A DNA stretch of 64,000 bases. It comes from Candidatus Poribacteria bacterium (lineage in GTDB: Bacteria > Poribacteria > WGA-4E > PCPOR2b). A model generated the notes under the pieces. That model searched no databases and was not told the DNA's origin. It saw only the letters and a program-made list of their open reading frames with translations. Positions 52,060 through 61,594 of this stretch are shown here, one piece after another; position 1 is the stretch's first letter; each line of letters begins with the position of its first letter. The stretch covers positions 3,296,001-3,360,000 of the forward strand of contig OZ220744.1 of NCBI GenBank assembly GCA_965116925.1. The letters run 5' to 3'. A program made the position numbers and the translations under genes.

Positions 52060-52686
52060 ATGAAACCGTTAAAAATCGGAATCGGCGGTCCCGTCGGATC
52101 GGGCAAGACTGCACTGATTGAGAAGTTGTGTAAAAGGATGCGGAACGCCTACGAATTGGCTGCAATCACGAATGACATCTTCACACGGGAAGATGCCGAG
52201 ATACTCACGCGCCTTGAGGCGTTACCACAAGAACGAATTCTCGGTGTCGAAACCGGCGGCTGCCCACATACCGCTATCCGCGAGGATATCTCCGCCAATC
52301 TTGAAGCGGTCGAACAGATAACAGCGGACTTTCCCAATCTTGATATTCTATTTCTTGAAAGTGGTGGGGACAACCTCGCCGCCTTCTTCAGTCCTGAGTT
52401 GGTTGATGCCGCGATCTATGTGATTGATGTCGCCGGCGGCGATAAGATCCCCCGAAAAGGCGGTCCGGGAATTACGCGCTCCGATCTACTAATTATCAAC
52501 AAGATAGATCTGGCGGAATATGTCGGTGCCGATCTCTCCGTCATGGCACGAGATACCAAGCGGATGCGCGGCGAAAAGCCTGCCGTGTTCACGGACCTGC
52601 GAAAATCGGAAGGACTTGAAGATGTCATCTCTTGGATACAGCGGGAATTGCTCTTTGAAGAGACAAAAACACACTGCGAGGCATAA
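52060..52686 (+). CDS. ureG: Urease accessory GTPase UreG
   Basis: [23 protein letters not shown] and NKID. Confidence 0.96.
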   Translation: MKPLKIGIGGPVGSGKTALIEKLCKRMRNAYELAAITNDIFTREDAEILTRLEALPQERILGVETGGCPHTAIREDISANLEAVEQITADFPNLDILFLESGGDNLAAFFSPELVDAAIYVIDVAGGDKIPRKGGPGITRSDLLIINKIDLAEYVGADLSVMARDTKRMRGEKPAVFTDLRKSEGLEDVISWIQRELLFEETKTHCEA

Positions 52687-53352
52687 ATGCGAAAGAAACT
52701 TCTTAAACTATACGACAACCTCTATGCCGAATACGGTGAGCTACACTGGTGGCCCGCCGAAACACCCTTTGAGATTATTATCGGCGCAATCTTGGGGCAA
52801 GCGACCGCTTGGAGAAATGCCGCCAAGGCGATTAACAACCTCAAAGCGGCGAACCTACTGAATCCGGAGGGAATGAGCAAACTCTCCCAAGACGAACTAG
52901 AGACGCTCATCCTTCCGTCGGGTTACTATCGCGCCAAGGCGAAGAAGGTCCGGGCATTTCTAACACATCTGGGAGAACACCACAACAATCAGTTGAGTTC
53001 ACTATTTGCACAGGAACTGTCAGCACTTAGGGAAGAGCTGCTTTCGATTTACGGTATCGGTGAGGAAACCGCCGATTCGATTCTGCTTTACGCTGCCAAA
53101 AAGCCGAGCTTCGTCGTTGATACCTACACCTACCGCTTATTGGAGCGGTTGGGCTGGTTCAGCGGCAAGTTCCATTACGGCAGGCTGCGAGGGATGTTCA
53201 TGGAAAATCTCCCTCACGACTACCAGTTGTTCAATCAGTATCACGCCTTGATTGTGCGTCATGGGGCGCGGGTATGCCAGAAGACACCCCTATGTGATAG
53301 GTGTATGCTGCGAGCCGAATGCCCAACCGGAAATCAGTCCAGTAGCCATTGA
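52687..53352 (+). CDS. Endonuclease III-related HhH-GPD protein
   Basis: WWPAETPFE, GIGEETAD, VD.Y and a C-X6-C-X2-C-X5-C Fe-S motif. Confidence 0.88.
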   Translation: MRKKLLKLYDNLYAEYGELHWWPAETPFEIIIGAILGQATAWRNAAKAINNLKAANLLNPEGMSKLSQDELETLILPSGYYRAKAKKVRAFLTHLGEHHNNQLSSLFAQELSALREELLSIYGIGEETADSILLYAAKKPSFVVDTYTYRLLERLGWFSGKFHYGRLRGMFMENLPHDYQLFNQYHALIVRHGARVCQKTPLCDRCMLRAECPTGNQSSSH

Positions 53353-53466
53353 AAAGAATCGAAACAATTTTCACGTTTCACGCATTTTGCATTTTCTTTG
53401 AATATGAGTTTCCATCAATAGGTCTCACGTTTCTGCTAGCATTCCAACAAGGTAAGGTTATTCACA

Positions 53467-54138
53467 ATGCTTTTCCGCCGAAAAAATCCGCAGAATAGAC
53501 CGGTAGACGACGACTACGCCGATCTGCGCGAGAAGATGGTGGATCAACAGATCCGAAAGCGCGGGGTTAAAGACAAAAAAGTGCTAGAGGTCATGCGGCA
53601 AGTGCCACGGCATCTATTCGTCGATCCAGATAGTATGGACGCCGCTTACGAAGACAATGCAATGCCAATTCAGTGTGACCAAACAATCTCTCAGCCCTAC
53701 ATTGTCGCGCTGATGACCGAATTACTGGAGTTGGAACAATCGTCGAAAGTGTTGGAGATCGGCACCGGCTGTGGATATCAAACCGCTGTCTTAGCAGAGA
53801 TAGTTGAACAGGTCTACACCGTCGAGATTATCCTCGAACTTGCAGAAAGCGCGTCGAAACGATTTAAAGAATTCGGCTATCCAAATATCCATCAAAGATA
53901 CGGCAATGGCTACTACGGTTGGGAGAAATACGCCCCCTATGACCGGATAATTGTGACCGCTGCTCCGAAGAAGCTACCGAATCGTCTTATCAAGCAGTTG
54001 GCGGAGGACGGACTCATGATACTGCCGATCGGCGACTATCATCAAGATCTGGTTCGGATTCGCAGAGCCGAACACGGCATTGAGTGCAAAACCGTTAGTG
54101 GGGTTCGCTTTGTTCCGATGACCGGTGCCCCTAATTAA
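53467..54138 (+). CDS. pcm: Protein-L-isoaspartate O-methyltransferase
   Basis: VPRHLFV, QTISQPY, LEIGTGCGYQ, APYDRIIVTAA and FVPM. Confidence 0.95.
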   Translation: MLFRRKNPQNRPVDDDYADLREKMVDQQIRKRGVKDKKVLEVMRQVPRHLFVDPDSMDAAYEDNAMPIQCDQTISQPYIVALMTELLELEQSSKVLEIGTGCGYQTAVLAEIVEQVYTVEIILELAESASKRFKEFGYPNIHQRYGNGYYGWEKYAPYDRIIVTAAPKKLPNRLIKQLAEDGLMILPIGDYHQDLVRIRRAEHGIECKTVSGVRFVPMTGAPN

Positions 54139-54225
54139 GAAGCAAGTTCATGATCTCAGGCAAATCTGCCGCAGGATTACCACACAAAGTCCTATCAGTT
54201 CATACAAAAACCTAGAGGAGGCGAG

Positions 54226-54786
54226 GTGCTAGAACAAATATTCAAACAGCTACTCCAGTTCCTATCAACGCCAACAGGCCTCTGGACGCTTGTCGGCATC
54301 GGAGGATTTATCGCGTTTGCGGCTATCTATCATCAGAAACGCCAGATTCCCGGATTCACGATCGAAGCCATTACAGATGATACATGGTTTATCAACCGTG
54401 ATGATAACCATCGTATCGCAATCATCGTTTCCCTTCGGCTGATCAACAAGTCTGGTAGCCCGATACGGATTCAGCAATGCAAACTGAGCGGCTATTCGCC
54501 AAAGATCGCGCCACCGGAGTTGGTATTAGACGGCTACGACAAAATGATTGAACTTGAATATCCGAAGTATGATCCGTTTGAGCCGGGGCAGGAGTATATC
54601 GTCAATCCCTACACCGAACAGCAGATGTGGATCTTTTATCAATCGGGCGCAGTAACCATGACCAATATACTCCGTGCCCCAATCATCATCAAGGACGCCA
54701 ACCGACAACGGAAGGCGATCCAGCTTGAGATTCGTCGTAGTATGCAACAGATTACGCTCTATCGTGAAGCGGCAATGCGGTGGTAA
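54226..54786 (+). CDS. Membrane-anchored hypothetical protein
   Basis: GAGGAGG RBS with GTG start; one N-terminal TM. Confidence 0.7.
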   Translation: MLEQIFKQLLQFLSTPTGLWTLVGIGGFIAFAAIYHQKRQIPGFTIEAITDDTWFINRDDNHRIAIIVSLRLINKSGSPIRIQQCKLSGYSPKIAPPELVLDGYDKMIELEYPKYDPFEPGQEYIVNPYTEQQMWIFYQSGAVTMTNILRAPIIIKDANRQRKAIQLEIRRSMQQITLYREAAMRW

Positions 54787-54815
54787 ACGAACCACCGCCG
54801 AGCTACTCTGGAAAT

Positions 54816-54954
54816 TATGGTGAATTAGACAAATAAGTGAACATTTGCCAAAGTCCCCCTGACAAGGGGGATTTAGGGGGTTGTTTGTGGGTACAGATTT
54901 CCCAATCTGTACATCTGCATTGGAACTGTCTCAGTAATTCTAAAATCTACCATA
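54816..54954. mobile_element. Family A MITE with different internal cargo
   Basis: TATGGTGAATT...TCTACCATA termini; internal CCCCCT-GACA-AGGGGG hairpin. Confidence 0.7.
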
Positions 54955-55032
54955 GTAATTTTCCAATCCAATTGCAGGCAACAACAACCCATCGGCATGT
55001 ATGAAACGCCTTTAACAGATAGGAATTATACG

Positions 55033-55061
55033 TTGACATTTGTTAAAAAATTTGTTACAAT
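55033..55061 (+). promoter_or_regulatory. Sigma70-type promoter
   Basis: TTGACA-17 bp-TACAAT. Confidence 0.7.
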
Positions 55062-55348
55062 ATCAGAACTTAATCCCTGACATTTGGTACGGTTATGGTG
55101 CCATTTCAGTCAAAAACGATTCATAAGCAGTGCGTATTTGGCAGGTCAAAAAGCCGTTTGGGCACACCTGCTCTTGAGTGGTAAAAATCTACAAACGCTC
55201 TGAAGCTAGGCCCCATCAGGGTTCAGAGAGAAATCGGCTAATGATGAACCCTCGATTTGAAGTTGAATTTTTTTTTTGGACCTGCCAGTGCCCTGCCAAA
55301 TTGTGAATGAACTAATGAACCAATGAACCAAAATACTGGAGGAGGAAA

Positions 55349-56215
55349 ATGGCTGAAGATACGAAAAATGAACTTGTTCCGGTCGCGGACTACGAGGTCT
55401 TAGATCAGGTCGATGACCAAGCGATTGTTGAAATGATGACGGGGCAATCCATTCAAGATTACGTCTACTCGTTTAAGCAAGGTGGAAAAACAGTCGAGGG
55501 ATTAACGCTTGCAGGGATAAACGAAGCGGCAAATCGTCGAGGCGGGATTCAGGTTGACGATGTACAGTACGAAGAGCGGGAACATTCTTGGCTTGCAACT
55601 GCCAAGGCGACAGATACAGTCACCGGCTCATCGCGCTACGGGGCGTATGAGCAGCCGAAACGGATGGGCAATCGCGACGATCCCCATGCGTTCACGAAGG
55701 CAATCCACAAAGCGCAGCGCAACGCCGTCAAACAGCTACTCCCTGTCACGGTCATTAAAGAGGTACTGAACTTCTACCTCCATCGACAAGCAGGAGGTGA
55801 AACGGCTCAGATGGGCTTACCGAGCGCAGCTTCGACCAGCCAGATTTCTAACGCGCAGAAAGCAGCGTTTTCAATGGCTACCAAGTTGGAAGGCAAACTG
55901 GAAGAACAGCGCATCACAAAGTCCGATTTTTGGAACTATGTCAAACGTCGCTACGCTGTTGAATCCCGTAACGATATGACCGAATTACAGTGGACCCAAC
56001 TCTCTGCGGAACTACAAGCCGGTGCTTCTACGCCAGACCTTTTCAAGGAATTGGTGGAGCGTATCCGACAACTGGAGGCTGCCGCACAAACCAGTGAGGT
56101 CCCCGAAAGTTCTGAGCCGCCTCTCACACTGAATGAGGAAGGGGCTGATTCAGAATACGCTGAGTCAAAGACACCGTCTGAAGATTCGGATGCGGGAGAA
56201 AATACCCCCTTTTGA
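55349..56215 (+). CDS. Hypothetical protein, possibly a Rad52/ERF-like single-strand annealing protein with an acidic PF-ending tail
   Basis: GGAGGAGG RBS; alpha/beta core ending KAIHKAQRNA; small helical domain; tail SDAGENTPF. Confidence 0.5.
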   Translation: MAEDTKNELVPVADYEVLDQVDDQAIVEMMTGQSIQDYVYSFKQGGKTVEGLTLAGINEAANRRGGIQVDDVQYEEREHSWLATAKATDTVTGSSRYGAYEQPKRMGNRDDPHAFTKAIHKAQRNAVKQLLPVTVIKEVLNFYLHRQAGGETAQMGLPSAASTSQISNAQKAAFSMATKLEGKLEEQRITKSDFWNYVKRRYAVESRNDMTELQWTQLSAELQAGASTPDLFKELVERIRQLEAAAQTSEVPESSEPPLTLNEEGADSEYAESKTPSEDSDAGENTPF

Positions 56216-56291
56216 AAGCCGTTGGAACAATTGACTTTCTGCTGGGGTTTCACCTCGTACCCTACGATTTGTAGTTACAGAAGGAGAAGAT

Positions 56292-56660
56292 ATGTCACGC
56301 CTTTTCTTCGCGTTCGGTTCTGGCTTTGCACTGATCGCTGTGATAACAGGTGCCTTTGCCGCCCATACCCTGAAATCGAAGCTATCGCCGGATATGTTCC
56401 AAACCTTTGAGGTTGCCGCGCGCTATCAAATGTATCATGCGCTGGGACTAATCGCCGTAGCTTGGGCTGCATCGCAGTGGAGCAATCAACTAATCGCTGC
56501 ATCCGGCTGGCTGTTTGTGGCTGGCATCGTTATTTTTTCGGGCAGCCTCTATATCCTATCACTGACCGGCGTCCGCTGGCTCGGCGCAATAACACCAATC
56601 GGCGGCGTTGCCTTTATCATCGGTTGGGGCTGTCTCCTGTGGGCAGCAATCAGAAGTTGA
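56292..56660 (+). CDS. DUF423 membrane protein
   Basis: GAFAAH, YQMYHA, FSGSLY and ITPIGG. Confidence 0.92.
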   Translation: MSRLFFAFGSGFALIAVITGAFAAHTLKSKLSPDMFQTFEVAARYQMYHALGLIAVAWAASQWSNQLIAASGWLFVAGIVIFSGSLYILSLTGVRWLGAITPIGGVAFIIGWGCLLWAAIRS

Positions 56661-56833
56661 GCGAGCAGCGCCTTTAGTTGATCAAAACACGAGATTTGTG
56701 CTATCATAAGCTATGACAGTGACGTAGGTTGGGTTGAACGACAGTGAAACCCAACACTCACGTTTCACGCATCACCTTTCACGTTCTACGAATGAACCAA
56801 TGAACTAATGAACTAATAAGCGAGGTAACAACT

Positions 56834-57250
56834 ATGGCAAAAATTACAATGTTCAAAGGTTACCAAGGCGAGCCACCATTCCCCAAACCGAGAGAGAAGG
56901 TGCTCCCCAATGTTGTCAGCGCACAAGATGGCGTGCCGGTGAAATATCCTGATTGCGAAGGAATTGGTGTGCGTGTCGTCCATCCCGCCAACCCGAAAGC
57001 CCCCGCTCAGAATCTCGGATTGGTGATGTTCTATATTCCCCCACACGTTGTGCTAGAACCGGGCAGCCACCACACCGAAGAGTGCTACGTTGTTATACGT
57101 GGAAAAGGCGTCATGACGCTCGCCGGCGAGAAAATTGATGTGGAGGAAGGCACCTTTATCCATCTGCCGCCATGGTGCGAACACGGCATTGAGAACACAG
57201 GAAATGAGACGATGGAGGTGCTCATCTGTACCTCACCACCAAATCCTTAA
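56834..57250 (+). CDS. Cupin domain protein
   Basis: H..EE.Y.VI.GKG and P...EHGIEN.G. Confidence 0.85.
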   Translation: MAKITMFKGYQGEPPFPKPREKVLPNVVSAQDGVPVKYPDCEGIGVRVVHPANPKAPAQNLGLVMFYIPPHVVLEPGSHHTEECYVVIRGKGVMTLAGEKIDVEEGTFIHLPPWCEHGIENTGNETMEVLICTSPPNP

Positions 57251-57274
57251 CGCGCCGATTTCACTATTTGCATT

Positions 57275-57464
57275 TATGGTGAATTGTAAAAATAAATAGA
57301 CACTTTCGCCCCCCATGTTTGGTAGGCGCTGTTTCCAACTGCGCCGTTTCAACCCACACTACGGTCCCTATGCGGTGCGGTTTCTAACCGCTTTTGCTCC
57401 CCGGTAGGCGAGGTTTCCGACCTCGCCGATTGGCAGTGTCTCATTAATTCTAAAATCTACTATA
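57275..57464. mobile_element. Family A MITE carrying three REP-like hairpins
   Basis: TATGGTGAATT...TCTACTATA termini. Confidence 0.75.
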
Positions 57465-57559
57465 ATTTATCGCCTATCCGATGCGTAATGAATTTCACAG
57501 CTACTAACTGTCGGCTTCAGTCTTACTTGTCTGACAGGGTACTCACTAGGAGCTAACTT

Positions 57560-58303
57560 ATGCCAAAATTGACGGAAACAGAAATTTTAGAAGAATTGCG
57601 AAACTACGACACACCATCAATCACCAACGTTGTCGCCACCTACCCGAAAAACCCCCTTTGCCTTGGGCTTTATAACCCGTGGACGGAGAACTGGTATACC
57701 GACCAATCCATCCGTTGTATGTATCCCGAATTAGGTCCGCTCGTCGGATACGCCATCACATGCGTGTATGGGCTACCAGACCCGAATTACTCACGTTTAA
57801 CCTTTATGGATGTCATTGATGCACTCGACGCATCAAAGAAACCGACGGTTCTAGTCTTCCAGCAAAAGTGGCCCCCCGAACTCCACGCTAAAGCGGGACT
57901 AGCAGGCGGAAACATGACCGCTGCGATGAAAGCCGTCGGCTGTGTCGGTGCCATCTCCAACGGTCCGTCACGAGACATCGATGAAATTCGCCCCATGAAA
58001 TTTCAGTATATGCTCAGTGGCATATCGCCGGGACACGGCGATATGGCTGTACAAGCGGTCAATGTACCAGTCTCGGTGGGAGGGATGGATGTCTCTCCGG
58101 GCGAGCTTATCCACATGGACGAAAATGGTGCGTGTAAGTTTCCAGCCGATAAGGCGGAAGCGGTGCTGACCAACGTGAAGGCGTTGTTACAGGAAGAGGA
58201 AACGCGGATCAATGCGTTGAAAACTGCGAAAACCGCAGCGGACGTCCGAGCCGCCTTCGCAGGCCAATCATACGCCGCTAAAGACGAAGAAGATGACTCA
58301 TAA
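57560..58303 (+). CDS. RraA/HMG aldolase-like family protein
   Basis: GYAIT, GG.M, G.SRDIDE and V.PGELIH.DENG. Confidence 0.85.
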   Translation: MPKLTETEILEELRNYDTPSITNVVATYPKNPLCLGLYNPWTENWYTDQSIRCMYPELGPLVGYAITCVYGLPDPNYSRLTFMDVIDALDASKKPTVLVFQQKWPPELHAKAGLAGGNMTAAMKAVGCVGAISNGPSRDIDEIRPMKFQYMLSGISPGHGDMAVQAVNVPVSVGGMDVSPGELIHMDENGACKFPADKAEAVLTNVKALLQEEETRINALKTAKTAADVRAAFAGQSYAAKDEEDDS

Positions 58304-58446
58304 CAGCATCATTTTTGCCGCACTTCTACACCAAAGATTAGTTTTCCTGTAGGAGGAATCTCTGAATCCCGACTTATAGATTTCGGATCATCTATCGGAG
58401 ACGGGGCATCTGGTTTCCCCGCATTGACGACAGGAGGTGATACACA

Positions 58447-58758
58447 ATGGATTTGGGACCATGGTCTCCAGCACACACGATATTGGCTCTATTTATCGTC
58501 GCCGGTTTCATCGGGCAGGTGGCGGTCTATTTCCATCGCACCACGCAAAACGCTAAGAGAATAGAACGCCTCGAGGAACGGATGGATAAGCGGTTTGCTG
58601 ATCTCATCAACACGATGAATCAGGGCTTTTCTGATGTTCGATCGGAGATGAATCAAAGGCTTTCGGATATGCAAGTGGAAATCCGTGATGTGAGATTGGA
58701 GTTGAGCAAACTCAACCAGAATCACATTGACCACTTGAACCGGCACCACTCCGGTTAA
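58447..58758 (+). CDS. Small membrane-anchored coiled-coil protein
   Basis: AGGAGGTGA RBS; TM followed by 11-aa repeats. Confidence 0.7.
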   Translation: MDLGPWSPAHTILALFIVAGFIGQVAVYFHRTTQNAKRIERLEERMDKRFADLINTMNQGFSDVRSEMNQRLSDMQVEIRDVRLELSKLNQNHIDHLNRHHSG

Positions 58759-58891
58759 CATTTTGCGTTTATAGAAACAGCGAACCACCCAACACCTAAG
58801 CCCCAGCGGGGCGACATGTGCTTTGAAACGTCATACGTCAAGCATATCTTAATGCGATGACGAAAAAACGGTTCAATGAACCAATGAACTA

Positions 58892-60532
58892 ATGAACCAA
58901 ACACCGCTCTCATACCTATTTGCAGCACTTCTAATTGGGGTAATCTGTCCCCAAACTTCTGCCCTCACCAATCCAGGAATTGACACAATGATAGCCAAAA
59001 TGACAATCGAAGAAAAAGTCGGACAGCTCATCATGGTCGGCTTCAACGGGACCCAAGCCAACGAAGCCATCGAAACCCATATCCGCGAAAGGTTTGTCGG
59101 CGGGGTTGTCCTCTTCAGTCAGAACATCCAATCCCCGAGACAGACAGCAGAGTTGACGAACCAACTCCAGCGATTAGCGGAGGCGACAACACGTCAAATT
59201 CCCTTGTTCATTGGGATAGATCAGGAGGGCGGTTGGGTCATCCGCTTAAAGGAAGGCGCGACCGTGCTGCCCGGCAATATGGCGTTGGGTGCGACCGATT
59301 CGACCGAGCTGGCAGAACGGGCAGGCGAAATCACCGCCGTCGAACTCGCCGCGGTGGGGGTCAACCTCAACTTTGCGCCGGTCATGGATGTCAACAACAA
59401 TCCACAGAATCCCGTTATCGATCGCCGTTCCTTCGGCGAATCGCCGGAACTCGTCTCCCGTTTGGGCGTCGCTTACATCCACGGGTTACAGCGCAACGGC
59501 GTTTTGGGGACCGCAAAGCATTTCCCCGGACACGGAGACACCACCGTTGACTCCCACTTCGACCTGCCGACCGTGAACCATAACCGCGAGCGCATCCACG
59601 CCCTTGAGCTGCAACCCTTTCGCGCCGCGATTGATGCCGATGTTGCTGCAATCATGACGGCGCATATTGTCTATCCCGCCTTCGACACCGACCGACCCGC
59701 CACGCTCTCGCCGGCTATCTTGACAGATCTCTTGCGAAAGGAACTCCGCTTTGACGGCTTAATCATTACCGATGACATGGAGATGAAAGCGATTGATGAA
59801 CGCTACCGATCGGGCGAAGCTGCGGTCATGGCGGTTGAAGCCGGAGCAGACATCGTAATGGTGCTCTGGTCCCCCACAAAGCAGCTTGAGGTCTTTAACG
59901 CACTGCTATCGGCGGTCAAAAGCGGACGCATCTCCCAAGCCCGGTTGAATCAGTCTGTCAAGCGCATCCTGAAAAACAAAGCGGCAGCGTTCAACCAGCG
60001 TTTCGTTGATCCCGATGCGGTGGAAAAGATTGTCAGGACAGATGCACATCAGCAACTCGCCCAAACAATCGCATCGCAGGCAATCACAGTGGTGAGGAAT
60101 CGAGATAACCTTCTGCCCTTAAAATTAGAACCAGAGACCACCGTCTTGATCTTTAGTGCGTCATCGACTTTATTTGAGAACTTCAAAGCACACCACCCGA
60201 ATACATTTGAAGTAAGGATCCCAGAGAAACCGGCTGGTGCGCAACTTCAACTTCAGCTGCCCATTCGACCAGCAGACGCCGATGTCATCGTTGCTGGAAT
60301 CACGAGTAATGAGCAAGCAGGGTTCATCCACCAGATGAGCTTAGGGAAAACAACCCCTATCATCGTTGTCGCGCTCGGTTCACCCTATGTGCTGCGGCAC
60401 TGTCCCTTTGTCTCTATGCTCCTCGCCGCTTACGATATCCACGACGCCTCTGTATCCGCAGCCGTCAAGGTGATAATCGGAGCACAGGCGGCTCAAGGCA
60501 AGCTGCCAGTTCAATTGTCGATTGAAGACTAG
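58892..60532 (+). CDS. nagZ: GH3 beta-N-acetylhexosaminidase (NagZ-like, secreted, two domains)
   Basis: DQEGG, NFAPV.DV, KHFPGHGDT.VDSH and TDDMEM. Confidence 0.85.
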   Translation: MNQTPLSYLFAALLIGVICPQTSALTNPGIDTMIAKMTIEEKVGQLIMVGFNGTQANEAIETHIRERFVGGVVLFSQNIQSPRQTAELTNQLQRLAEATTRQIPLFIGIDQEGGWVIRLKEGATVLPGNMALGATDSTELAERAGEITAVELAAVGVNLNFAPVMDVNNNPQNPVIDRRSFGESPELVSRLGVAYIHGLQRNGVLGTAKHFPGHGDTTVDSHFDLPTVNHNRERIHALELQPFRAAIDADVAAIMTAHIVYPAFDTDRPATLSPAILTDLLRKELRFDGLIITDDMEMKAIDERYRSGEAAVMAVEAGADIVMVLWSPTKQLEVFNALLSAVKSGRISQARLNQSVKRILKNKAAAFNQRFVDPDAVEKIVRTDAHQQLAQTIASQAITVVRNRDNLLPLKLEPETTVLIFSASSTLFENFKAHHPNTFEVRIPEKPAGAQLQLQLPIRPADADVIVAGITSNEQAGFIHQMSLGKTTPIIVVALGSPYVLRHCPFVSMLLAAYDIHDASVSAAVKVIIGAQAAQGKLPVQLSIED

Positions 60533-60700
60533 TAGATCCTCGGACCACCGTAGCTTCGTTTGTAGTAGGGCAATTTATTGCCCGTTCCGTTAAAATTTGA
60601 TTCGCCCTTTGAGCCGGAGGAACGTCAAAGACAATGATTTAGACCTTTCATTTCTGTGTCCCCGCACCGTGTCAGCGTGAAAATGGAAAGGATCGAACAG

Positions 60701-61015
60701 ATGAATAACGAAATCATCTCGACCATGACAGAGCGGATCGTGCGCGACTTTCACCCCGTGCAGATTATCCTCTTCGGTTCACATGCCCGTGGGGAGGCAC
60801 ACCCGCAAAGCGATGTAGATCTGCTTGTCGTCTTCTCCGAACTCGTTGATAAACGGAAAACTGCCGTTGACATCCGACGTGCCCTTGCTGACCTACCCAT
60901 GGCTAAAGATATCCTCGTAACGACACCTGAAGAATTAGCACGTCAGCGCAATCAGGTGGGTACAATCCTACGCGCCGCTCAACGAGAAGGGGAAATACTT
61001 TATGAACGCAACTGA
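60701..61015 (+). CDS. Minimal nucleotidyltransferase (MNT) antitoxin
   Basis: ILFGSHARG...SDVDLLVV. Confidence 0.9.
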   Translation: MNNEIISTMTERIVRDFHPVQIILFGSHARGEAHPQSDVDLLVVFSELVDKRKTAVDIRRALADLPMAKDILVTTPEELARQRNQVGTILRAAQREGEILYERN

Positions 61016-61421
61016 GCAATTTGCAGAAACCGATCGCTGGTTGCGTTATGCCGAAGAAGATTTGACAACAGCTGAAACTCTGTTAAGACAGCCACATATT
61101 GTCCCACGTCATGTCTGTTGGTTTGCTCAACAAGCTGCCGAAAAAACATTAAAGGCAGTGTTAGTCTTTCTACAGATTGATTTTCCACGAACCCACGACC
61201 TAGACGCCCTGCGTAATCTGGTGCCCGATGACTGGCAATTCAAAGGAGTGTGTCCGGACTTGGCTAGCTTAACCCAATGGGCAGTTGAAGCCCGCTATCC
61301 AGGGAACTGGACGGAAGCTACAGGCGCAGAAGCAAATACGGCTGTTGAACAAGCGCGAATTATCTATGAGTCAATATCTACTGAACTCGAACAACACACA
61401 GGATTACTACAGTCTATCTGA
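61002..61421 (+). CDS. HEPN domain protein
   Basis: AEEDL, QQAAEK.LKA, RTHDL and ARYP; overlaps the MNT gene. Confidence 0.9.
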   Translation: MNATEQFAETDRWLRYAEEDLTTAETLLRQPHIVPRHVCWFAQQAAEKTLKAVLVFLQIDFPRTHDLDALRNLVPDDWQFKGVCPDLASLTQWAVEARYPGNWTEATGAEANTAVEQARIIYESISTELEQHTGLLQSI

Positions 61422-61476
61422 AAAACTGTAGGATTGACGCACTTGGTCAAAAAATAGGTTATAATAACCCAAGTTG

Positions 61477-61594
61477 CTAGTACACTGTCAGACAAATTAT
61501 GATTGTCTATATGGATTGAGACTCATAATACTTCGTAGGGGTCGGGTCACCCGACCCCCTTGTTGTATGCAAAACTTATATGACTGAGCACTAG
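61477..61594. mobile_element. CTAG-bounded MITE, family B
   Basis: Near-identical to 5162-5280. Confidence 0.85.
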
